From positions 1 to 64,000 of the forward strand of contig CAVRDX010000003.1 in NCBI GenBank assembly GCA_963719945.1: a stretch of 64,000 nucleotides of DNA, read 5' to 3'. Each line of letters begins with the position of its first letter. Within the stretch, counting starts at the first letter, position 1. The notes beneath the pieces are model-generated. The model worked only from the letters and a program-made list of their open reading frames with translations. It did no database searches and had not been told where the DNA came from. Below, piece after piece: positions 30,186-39,076 of this stretch. Both the position numbers and the translations under genes were made by a program. Source of the stretch: an uncultured Thermoplasmata archaeon. GTDB taxonomy: Archaea; Thermoplasmatota; Thermoplasmata; UBA10834.

Positions 30186-30479
30186 ATGTTTGCGAAAACT
30201 ATGCTCGCACTCGCACTTGGCGCGGTCTTTATGGTCGCCGGTGTTGCGACTGTTGCTGCGATCGGCGACATGAATGGCAACTTGAACGGTGACTGCGATC
30301 AGTTGCAGCTCAAGGACGGAACGGGCGACAACTGTCAGGATGACTTGAGTGAAGATGTGCCAGACGATATCGTTGAAGAGGATTGCGACTCCTGCAACGA
30401 CTATCTGTATGACTACAACTTCCTCTACGGCGAAACTGAAGAAGAGCCACCATACAGCTCTGCATGTGGACAGGAATAA
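30186..30479 (+). CDS. Small secreted, very acidic, Cys-containing protein
   Basis: SD AGGTGA; signal peptide MFAKTMLALALGAVF; DCDQLQLKDGTGDNC; CDSC. Confidence 0.8.
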   Translation: MFAKTMLALALGAVFMVAGVATVAAIGDMNGNLNGDCDQLQLKDGTGDNCQDDLSEDVPDDIVEEDCDSCNDYLYDYNFLYGETEEEPPYSSACGQE

Positions 30480-30609
30480 CCGCACACAAATCTCGTGCAA
30501 AGGGTCTCCCCCAAAGTCTCCTTTGTCTTTGAGCGGAATTCCTGCCCACCCAATTTTCTTAAAACAGCTTACGCTGGTGAAATCAACACCAGCTCAATTT
30601 TTATCATCT

Positions 30610-31932
30610 ATGTCGACATATCCCACTCTCATGAAGATTGATTCCAGATTCATCAGACAAGTTCGAAAGGAGTTTCCCTGGCGCTGAGATCGACCCAAAC
30701 GGTCGCAAGCGCGCATTCCTGGACAACGGGGCGGGCACGCTTGTCGCAATCAGAAGCGCCCAGCGAGAATCCATTGCTCGAATAGACTGGAGTGCCAATG
30801 TCGGCAACGTCTTCACGAATCAAAGGGTGCCGAAGATACGATTCTCGAGGGTCGTCAGTCGGTCGCCGATCTTTTGAACGCAGAGAATCCCAATACGATA
30901 ATCTCCGGGGAATCTGCAACTTCACTTCTGTTCAATCTCAGCTACGCCCTTGGCAAGGAATTCACTGGCCAGGGAGAATGTCGTCACATCAGGGTTCGAA
31001 CATTACACGAACATCAATCCCTGGGTGGAATTGGGGACCAATGGGAAGATCAAGGAATTGAGGTTCGCTGAGTTCGACATGGATACTGGCGAGCTCGACC
31101 CGAAGAAGATCGAATCACTGATTGATTCGGATACAAAGGTGGTATCCGTCACCGCTGCATCCAATGTGCTCGGTTCCAGAACGGACCTGAAGAAGATAGG
31201 CAAGATCGCTCGAGATGCTGGAGCGTACTTCGTTGTCGATGCTGTTCATCATATAGCCCATGGTCCGACTGATGTGCGATCCGTCAAGTGCGATGCTCTC
31301 GTCTTTTCCGGTTATAAACTGTTTTCGAGGCACGGCAGCTTCATGTACATGAAACCGGACCTGATGGAGAGAGTTGTGTCCATACAAGGTCCTGCCATCA
31401 CCGAAACACGGTCCTGGCAAATGGGAGATGGGCACGCGTGACCAGGCGATGTTCGCTGCCATGACTGGCGCGATTGATTACATCTCATGGGTCGGTCATC
31501 CCTCGGCGAAATATCCCCCAACCCTGGCAAACAGAGGCGGTCAAGATTGGCAAAGGCGTTTACTGCGATCGAGGATTATGAAGGGCATCTGGCGGTCCTT
31601 GCGCTGAATGGAAGGGGTCGTCTGAAGGGGTCTGAAAGACATTCCGGGAATCACTCTCTTCGGGCCAAAGGCCATCAATCCCAAGATTGGCAGGGACCCC
31701 ACCTTTTCCTTCAAACTGGATGGAAAGGACGATCGAGCAGTCTCCAAGAATCTATGGGACGATTATGCACTGGCCGTAGGCGCTGAGGATTACTATTCAC
31801 GGGTACCAGCACTGTATAAGGCAGATACTATGCTGAGAGCCACCTTTGTGCATTATAACACCGAGAATGAAGTAATTGCACTTATTGAAAGCACTCAACG
31901 AGATCGCTTCGAAAGGCAGGAAGAAACGCTGA
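30610..31932 (+). pseudogene. Cysteine desulfurase-like class V PLP enzyme with multiple frameshifts
   Basis: Fragments VRKEFP, FLDNGAGT, EHYTNINPW, TAASNVLG, VDAVH, FSGYK, WEMGT and HYNT lie in different frames. Confidence 0.8.
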
Positions 31933-32063
31933 GCGAAGTCTATTGGAATCTCCAGTTGGAATGAGACTGTTTCCCGCTCCTTTTATATAGCACACATACG
32001 AACATCTCGACGCGCCAGATCTTCACAACTGGCTGGCCGAGAATCATTCTACGTTCGTTCGAT

Positions 32064-32084
32064 TTTTTGATACTTGCACCACAA
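32064..32084 (+). promoter_or_regulatory. Shared upstream motif, copy 2 (TTTTTGATACTTGCACCACAA)
   Basis: Near-identical to 30089-30109. Confidence 0.6.
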
Positions 32085-32109
32085 CGGGTATAGTATGTGT
32101 TTGTAGGTG

Positions 32110-32252
32110 GCACCTCAGACACGCAAAGAGAGGTATCTAGGGGACATCCGAGACTACTCGGATATGATTGAACGCCTCCGCAGTTGCGTGCATCAGGCGG
32201 GTTGTCTGCTCTCTCAGGTATGAAGAGCAGTCGTTCGCCAACCCAGAGGTGT
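32110..32252 (+). ncRNA. Highly structured 5' leader sequestering the SD (riboswitch-like candidate)
   Basis: Five nested 6-7 bp helices; the closing helix GCACCTC/GAGGTGT covers SD GAGGTG. Confidence 0.55.
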
Positions 32253-32256
32253 AAGA

Positions 32257-32991
32257 ATGGAAAGGAAGTTCGAAAGTGAGCTGGCGGAAAAGGTAGCACT
32301 TCGTTCGAAGGGCAGTTTTTCCGGCAGGAAGGCTAGTGTATTGGTGCTGGCCATTATCTCGAGCGCAATCATGATCGGTGCAGCGGCGGTCACGTTCTCG
32401 ATGAAGGCAAGCGCGGAAGATGGTATATGGACTAATTACAGTCCCTGTGATGAATGCTGACTACGGATTATCTGGTGTATGACCCCGCTGAGGAAGCGGA
32501 ATACACTGATCTAGTCTATTCGGATGACCCAATATATGCGGATGACTTTGTCGTGAAACGGAGTTCTGACTTGAAGACTGCGTTATTCGACACTCCGATG
32601 GCAATGGACCGACATACACCAAGATCGTGTATTCAGTGAACGTGAAGTTGCGCCATACGGCGCCGTTCTGGGAGATGTAATTCGGACTGCGGGTTGCCAG
32701 TCTCGTCGTTACGGTCAGCGGGCTTCGATCAGATTCCGGGCCTGTGGCAAGGTCATATCGCTGAATGGTTTCGAAATCTCCATGGAAGGGAATATCAGTA
32801 TGATACCGTCTTCGGTGATGGTACGATTTCAGTGGACTTGTCATGCCCGACTTGACGGGACTGGATTCGAATACACATCATATGATTCGATATCCTTCTT
32901 CGTCATGTTCAAGGTGTCTCAACTGGCCATGAATCTATCGCGGAGGAGATCGGATTCCCGTCATACTCAATCTACACGGAAGAGTAACTAG
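32257..32991 (+). pseudogene. Secreted or membrane-tethered protein with several frameshifts
   Basis: Signal-like VLVLAIISSAIMIGAAAVTF. Consecutive fragments 32257-32460, 32454-32639 and 32782-32991. Confidence 0.55.
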
Positions 32992-33185
32992 TCATGCCTG
33001 AGTGATCGACGATCGTCGGTAGAAAACTATTTCAAGGGCGTCCTCCTGGCTAATACGCCGGGATGAATGCCTCATTAATGTTTTCCGTGATTGACTCATA
33101 CAATGCAGGTTTGAGATTTGAAAATGTAGAAAGTGTTGAGGGGGTTTGGTGGACCACTGACTCTTCCCAGTACCATCGTCGTCGA

Positions 33186-34658
33186 CTACTTCTTGTTGTA
33201 GTACTTGGACCAGTCACCTGGCTGTGAGCTCTTGCCCTTCTCGTAGCTCTCTCGTGATCCTTTGCGCGGCTTGTTGCCACCTGTCGCTGCGACAGCTATG
33301 GCGGCGATAATTATGACTATGATCACACCTGCAAGCAACAGCATCAGGCCTGGAAGCTGGAATCCACCATCTTCTGAAGATATGTCGACGAGAGCTTCTG
33401 TGGTGAATGTCGGGTCGTGCATTATCATATCCCCGCCGGGGAACACCATGCCTCCGAGGACGACGAATCCATTGAACGTCGCCCAAGTGCCTGCGACCTT
33501 CGCCATTGCGAGCACTCTGTGACCCGCCATGATCTGAGCCATCACCTGCTCCGGCTCTCCATCGACCGTGACATCATCGACCCATGTGAGGGCACCTACG
33601 CTGTTCCAGTCCGTTCCGAACTCAAGGCTCGTCCTTATGAGCTGCTTCGGAGCGATGAATGTGCCCGTGGTCTCGTTCACTTCGAGTTCGCCCGCGGTAG
33701 ACTCACAGTTCATGACGCTGATCTGGTTCATGTAGGTGTACATCTTCATCTCCATCCATGCGGCCATCAATGGAGATACGAAGTTGCCGACGATGCTATG
33801 GAATTCGAGCAGCAGTGCAGGGTTGGTGTTGTTCAGGTCGTAATCCCAGCCCTCTATCATCTGGTCCCATTTCACATCGTACTTGAACACCTTTCCGCTC
33901 ACCTGCATGTCGTCGAGTCTCTCCGCGCTGATTACGGTCATCGGGCCCTTGCTCACAATGATCCTCCACTGTGGCATGTCCATATCGTCGACCTGGACCA
34001 GATCGGCCTCAAGGTGGAAAGTCAGTGTGAAGTTGTTCAGGACATTGTCTCCTACGTCCTCAGTAGCATTCGCATCGACCAGTTCGTATGGCAAGTCATT
34101 TGCTGTCAGGCTGAACTCCCAGGTCTTGAGGTCATCCGTGGATTCCTCGATCACCTCGGATGCATTCCACGATGTGGTCAGGGCAACCTTCTTGTAGATG
34201 GGTTCGAGGGACTGATAGTCCGTGAATTCGTCACCATCGTAACTCCTGTTATACTGAAGCAGACCGTTATCGTCAAGGTCGTTGAATTCTATGATAGAAT
34301 CCAGCTTCACCGCGTACATGGAATAGATCTTGATCGTCCTGTTGCTCTCAACAAGCTCGCCCAAATTGTCATAGACCTGAGCCATGCCGAGATATCTCGC
34401 CTTTATTGCGACGAAGTAGACGTTGTTCTCATACTCGTCAGAGCCCCATACGATGCCAAAGGCCGCATCGGTGCCGAACTTCACGAAGAAGTGGTCTCCA
34501 CCGCCAAGTATCTCGGTGGCTCCGTCTTCAATCGTGATCTGATCCTCAAGCGCGACGGTTGCCGCAGATGTAGGGGCAGGTATGGCGATAGCCCCCAACA
34601 TCATCATGAGGACGGCTGCCAATGCGACAGGCATCTTCAATCCGATTTTATTCATCAT
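33186..34658 (-). CDS. Acidic secreted protein with a C-terminal anchor; probable distant paralog of 27328-28566
   Basis: Signal peptide, IEFNDLDDNG, VKWDQMIEGW...LLLEF, IMHDPT, TM, tail ending KYYNKK. Confidence 0.82.
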   Translation of the reverse strand: MMNKIGLKMPVALAAVLMMMLGAIAIPAPTSAATVALEDQITIEDGATEILGGGDHFFVKFGTDAAFGIVWGSDEYENNVYFVAIKARYLGMAQVYDNLGELVESNRTIKIYSMYAVKLDSIIEFNDLDDNGLLQYNRSYDGDEFTDYQSLEPIYKKVALTTSWNASEVIEESTDDLKTWEFSLTANDLPYELVDANATEDVGDNVLNNFTLTFHLEADLVQVDDMDMPQWRIIVSKGPMTVISAERLDDMQVSGKVFKYDVKWDQMIEGWDYDLNNTNPALLLEFHSIVGNFVSPLMAAWMEMKMYTYMNQISVMNCESTAGELEVNETTGTFIAPKQLIRTSLEFGTDWNSVGALTWVDDVTVDGEPEQVMAQIMAGHRVLAMAKVAGTWATFNGFVVLGGMVFPGGDMIMHDPTFTTEALVDISSEDGGFQLPGLMLLLAGVIIVIIIAAIAVAATGGNKPRKGSRESYEKGKSSQPGDWSKYYNKK

Positions 34659-34838
34659 AAGTTCTTCCTCTGCTGTTATTGATTGCTTATTCTCGATGAG
34701 GCGCATTCAAGGTATATGAACAGTCACCGTGGTTTTGCACTAGTTTTGCAGTAGGTTTTCGGGGTAGCTGGGTATGGCTGGCGAACTGATATCTGTCCCG
34801 AAAGGAGTATTAAGTAAACAATCGGTTCTCTGTCTGCA

Positions 34839-37580
34839 ATGGCACGCTTGGTTGTGTCCCAGAACGAGAGGCTGCTCATCCATCTGATGGAGTTCGACGA
34901 ACATCGCGATGAGCCAGATGTTCCATTGGCAGTCTGCCAGGAAGGCATCGCTCAGAGGTTGCATATACAGGTCCACGCAGTCTCAAGAGCCCTATCCTCT
35001 CTTCAGGCAGAAGGTCTCGTCAATGGGCGCCTAGCTCATGTCAGAGGCGCGCCGAAAAGACGGAAGACTTATTTCCTCACCGAAAAGGGTCACCAGACAG
35101 CCCATTCCATTCGAGACCAGCTCCTCAAGGGGCGGGTCATCTTTGAGGAGAATGGGAGGACAGTCGAAATCAATCTCTCAGAGATATCCGACCGCCTCTC
35201 AACGGGACGAGGGGGTACGATTCCATTCCTCAACCTGGTGGATCATGCTTGTGAAAACGATATTCTTCGCTTAGGGACGATTCTGGCTATGTATGGCGTC
35301 GGCGAAAAGGTTCGCCAATGTGTTACGGTCGGAATCGGTCGCCCAATCGCAGAAACACTATTTGGACGAGATGCGGAACTCGGCCATCTGCTGGAACGGA
35401 TCGGAGACGATTCGACTCATTCCATCCTGATATCTGGTATGGCAGGGATCGGGAAGACGTCACTTGCATCCAGGTTTTTCGAGGACCTATCTGGCAAGAA
35501 CCATGTCTTCTGGTATTCCCTGCATGCCTGGGATACAGAGGAGCGCGTATTATCCGTCCTGACCAGCTTCTTGAAATCATTTGGCCGGTCAGAGGCCAGC
35601 GAGTGTGTGAAGCGGGGCTATTCTCTCGGGGACTTGTTCACTCCTCTAGTATCTGACCTCAACGGGACTGGTGCAGTCATCTTCCTGGACGATGTTCATA
35701 AAGCATCCGATTCGCTCCAATCGCTATTATCCGTACTTCAGGATGCGGTAGGCGCATCGGGTTCATCGAAGCTTGTGCTGATGTCTCGTTCTCGCCCGCA
35801 ATTCTATTCCAAGGCATCCGCAGGCAGCTACGAAATCGAGCTCAAGGTCCTCGACGATACATCAGCTCGCAGATATGCAGAGATCGCGAAAGCGGCCGAC
35901 CCGGCCCGAGTAGTCAGTATGAGCAGAGGCCACCCGCTGCTGCTGAGCCTGATGTCCCGAGGCGGAATCACGGCCGTCACGCAGAACTTGGCCACCTTCA
36001 TAGAACAGGAAGTCTGTGCCATCCTTTCACCAGAAGAGAGATCCCTGCTGGAATTACTCTCGATATACCGTCATCCTGTCGAGGCCGTGGCGATTATTGA
36101 CAACGATGATCGTTCTCTTATCAGTCTCAAGAGCAAAGGATTGATCATGGAACAAGAGTCGGGCTTATGGACACATGATTTCCTCAGGGATTTCTTCCGC
36201 TCGCGGTTGAGCCTTCAGGCCAGGCTCATGATGCACAAGAAGGCCGTGTCCTATTGCAGCCAGAACCCGGGGATAGATTGGCAGTTGGAGACTCTGTTTC
36301 ATCATATCGAAGCACGCGATTGGAGCCCAGCGCTCAGATATTCCCTCGAGCACGCGATCGATATCGCGCATGAATTCCCAGGAGAGACCCTTTCGTTGTT
36401 GTCGAGGATTCCATTCGATGAATTGGATGATGGAACCAGGGCCGAGATGACATTCTTGCGCGGTCAACTGAAGGAGATGAATAATGATGACGTCGGAGCA
36501 GCGGATGATTACTCTTCCGCGCTCGGATTCATAGCCGGTGACGACGAATTCAGAGCGAGCATATTGGAGAGTTTAGGCAATCTAAAATCTCAGCTGGAGG
36601 AATGGAACGAGTCATTCCAGGCTCATGAATCCGCATTGAAGCTCTATGAGAAATCCCACAACGTCGACGGACAGATCCGTGAATGGCTGAATATGGGCGG
36701 GGATTTCAGGAATCGCAGAGAATATGGGGAGGCTCGAGATGCGTATTCGCGCGCTTTGACCGTTGCAAGCAAGAAGGAGGATCGTCCTGCCCAGGCGGCC
36801 TGCCTGAACAATATCGCACTTTTAGATTGGGACGAGGGCCGTATGAGAGATGCCGAGATGAGGTTGAAGGAATCAATAGGTCTTGCACACGCGGTCAAGG
36901 ATCATAGTGGGGAGGCAAAAGGGCTCGAGAATCTGGCCGAATTGCTGCGAGTCCAGCTCCGTATTCCTGAGATGACGAGCCTTCTCCACGAATCGGCCGA
37001 GGCGTTCAGAAGGGCGAATCAGGTAGAGGATTACAAGCGGCTTCTAGCGGCATGCGCGGAATCTCTCGGTTTGCAGGGGATGGGCGATGAAGGCGTTGAC
37101 TTGTGCATCACAACGTTCTCGAGGCAGGAGCTCAGGAAGCGAAGAGGGCTGATGGGCCGACCATCATACGATTACGGTGATGCATCACTCTCATTTGCGC
37201 TGACTGGACTGTTCCGCAACTCAGGCGACATCAAGCGCGGCCTTGAAGAATCGAATAGGCTGATGGATATTGCGGAGTCATTGGATGACCCCACTCTAAG
37301 AGCAAGGGGCATGATCGAAATCGCTCTCTTCAAGGAGGAATCTGGGGACATAGACGCTGCAGTGGATGAGCTCAAAACAGCGGAAGAACTTCTGCTTGCA
37401 GCAGGTGACAAGGAAGGGCTCATAGCAGTCCGAATGATTCGCGGTCGAATTGACGAGGAACGCGGCGAAGTCCAATCTGCAAGAGATCATTATAGGGTCG
37501 CCATCAGTCACGCCGAGACTTCAGGCAATTCAGATGCGCTGGCGATTGCGAACGAACGCATCATGAATCTGGATCGTTGA
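34839..37580 (+). CDS. STAND-class NTPase with N-terminal wHTH and C-terminal TPRs
   Basis: QEGIAQRL...VSRAL HTH, FGR, Walker A GMAGIGKT, Walker B IFLDD, GHPL, TPR helices. Confidence 0.88.
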   Translation: MARLVVSQNERLLIHLMEFDEHRDEPDVPLAVCQEGIAQRLHIQVHAVSRALSSLQAEGLVNGRLAHVRGAPKRRKTYFLTEKGHQTAHSIRDQLLKGRVIFEENGRTVEINLSEISDRLSTGRGGTIPFLNLVDHACENDILRLGTILAMYGVGEKVRQCVTVGIGRPIAETLFGRDAELGHLLERIGDDSTHSILISGMAGIGKTSLASRFFEDLSGKNHVFWYSLHAWDTEERVLSVLTSFLKSFGRSEASECVKRGYSLGDLFTPLVSDLNGTGAVIFLDDVHKASDSLQSLLSVLQDAVGASGSSKLVLMSRSRPQFYSKASAGSYEIELKVLDDTSARRYAEIAKAADPARVVSMSRGHPLLLSLMSRGGITAVTQNLATFIEQEVCAILSPEERSLLELLSIYRHPVEAVAIIDNDDRSLISLKSKGLIMEQESGLWTHDFLRDFFRSRLSLQARLMMHKKAVSYCSQNPGIDWQLETLFHHIEARDWSPALRYSLEHAIDIAHEFPGETLSLLSRIPFDELDDGTRAEMTFLRGQLKEMNNDDVGAADDYSSALGFIAGDDEFRASILESLGNLKSQLEEWNESFQAHESALKLYEKSHNVDGQIREWLNMGGDFRNRREYGEARDAYSRALTVASKKEDRPAQAACLNNIALLDWDEGRMRDAEMRLKESIGLAHAVKDHSGEAKGLENLAELLRVQLRIPEMTSLLHESAEAFRRANQVEDYKRLLAACAESLGLQGMGDEGVDLCITTFSRQELRKRRGLMGRPSYDYGDASLSFALTGLFRNSGDIKRGLEESNRLMDIAESLDDPTLRARGMIEIALFKEESGDIDAAVDELKTAEELLLAAGDKEGLIAVRMIRGRIDEERGEVQSARDHYRVAISHAETSGNSDALAIANERIMNLDR

Positions 37581-37609
37581 TGCCGGTATGTTCTTCAATG
37601 CAGCCGAGG

Positions 37610-38515
37610 TCATCTGAATGTGTACTCCGCTATTCCGAAACCCGTTCGTTCTCCCAAGTCATATTTCGCAAGCGTCATGAAAGCCGTCGCCCCATCCGCA
37701 TCATCGGCGTTCATGGCGGGCAGCTCCAGATTCTTCACGACTCTCCCAGTTATGACGTAGACCTGCCCCTCCTTATCATTGAGTGACAGTTTGAACGACC
37801 TGGGCTTCCTTCCAACATGGTAATCAGTATCGATTCTGGCTGATGTTATGGCGAAGTTCTTCCCTCCGTCAAACACGAATCCCGCATCGATCTCGGAATC
37901 GTCCGTCATCAGTTTGGATACACTCAGAGCACACTCATCCGAGAATTGACAATTGAGCCACTTCCGAGACTTCATCTCAGCCATCTCGCGGACTCCCCAC
38001 GAATGATATCTTCCACCCAGTGCTACGATCTTGAACTCATCGAGTCCGATGGAGAGCGTTCCAGTCAGCCTGCCAAACTGCTCGACTTGCTCCAGGGCAT
38101 GTTCGCCATCTTCTTCCTTATCAGTGCTAGTTGTGCATTCTCTATGATCGAAGACATCGTTCACACAATCGAACCTCAGGTCCATTTCGACCTGAGATTG
38201 TCTGAGCTTGCTGCCCATGGTCCTTGTCATCGTTCCTGTGTGTGCAAGTCTCCAGCTCTTCTCTGGTATTATCGGTTCGAACCGCAGATTTCTCACCTCG
38301 AGATCCGCTTTGTCAAACCCTACCTTATGCCGCGAACTGACAACAGAGCCATCTGGCATCATGAAGTGGCAGGACATGGTCTTCATCTTTCGATTCGGTA
38401 TCAGGGATATCATCATGGTCCCGCAGATGTCGTTCTTCCCGTCGTAGAAATTGAAGAAGTGTGTCTCGTTCCAATCTGGATGATTCCCGAAAGCGTGTAT
38501 GATGTCCGTCCCCAT
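37610..38515 (-). CDS. Beta-rich protein of the DUF7064/7065 (lipocalin/tocopherol-cyclase-like) type
   Basis: WNETHFFNFYD, EQFG, RYHSWGVR and GIAEY motifs. Confidence 0.6.
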   Translation of the reverse strand: MGTDIIHAFGNHPDWNETHFFNFYDGKNDICGTMMISLIPNRKMKTMSCHFMMPDGSVVSSRHKVGFDKADLEVRNLRFEPIIPEKSWRLAHTGTMTRTMGSKLRQSQVEMDLRFDCVNDVFDHRECTTSTDKEEDGEHALEQVEQFGRLTGTLSIGLDEFKIVALGGRYHSWGVREMAEMKSRKWLNCQFSDECALSVSKLMTDDSEIDAGFVFDGGKNFAITSARIDTDYHVGRKPRSFKLSLNDKEGQVYVITGRVVKNLELPAMNADDADGATAFMTLAKYDLGERTGFGIAEYTFR

Positions 38516-38586
38516 CCGATCAACTCCCTATAATCGCACGTGCTGATCTTGCGAAATCACTGTGCGTGTCCAAATATCGCGAGCGG

Positions 38587-39063
38587 TCACTCCCAGTGGT
38601 CTGCACTGAGTTTGAGGATATCAAGGCCGTTCAGTTCTTGGACGAGCTTATTCTGATTATCGACGACCGGCAGATCATTGAGATGGTTCTCCACCATGAG
38701 TTTGGTGACATTGGTCAACAATTCGTTCTCGAGCACCCGGACGGGCTTCGCCATGATGCTACTCGCCTTGTCGTTGGACATCTCAGCAAGCATCCTCAAG
38801 AATGAGGTCATGCCTGTCTCCCTTATGCCCATCCTATATGCTGCATGTCTCATCAGCGTCTCAAGGGTTATGGTTCCAACCAGTTTGCCCTGGTCGTCCA
38901 CTACATAGACTTTCCTCGTTTCACTGTCCTTGATTATCGCCATGACCGCATCCCGCAGGTTCGCATCCGAACGAACGGTTGCAGGCTCGACAATCTTACC
39001 TGCCCTCTCAAGAACATCGGATACTCTAATGTCACTTATTGGCTTATCAATGGGCATGCGCAC
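38587..39063 (-). CDS. CBS-domain pair protein
   Basis: VYVVDDQGKLVGTIT and LPVVD. Confidence 0.88.
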   Translation of the reverse strand: MRMPIDKPISDIRVSDVLERAGKIVEPATVRSDANLRDAVMAIIKDSETRKVYVVDDQGKLVGTITLETLMRHAAYRMGIRETGMTSFLRMLAEMSNDKASSIMAKPVRVLENELLTNVTKLMVENHLNDLPVVDNQNKLVQELNGLDILKLSADHWE

Positions 39064-39076
39064 AATCCTCCAGCAT

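Noticed and set aside
32211-32226. CTCTCAGG resembling a glycine riboswitch element
   Set aside because: The other conserved GGAGA/CCGAAG elements are absent.
33417-34682. 421-aa plus-strand ORF (similarly 56455-57318, 54910-55644, 45032-45982)
   Set aside because: These are antisense shadows of well-supported genes, caused by codon bias.
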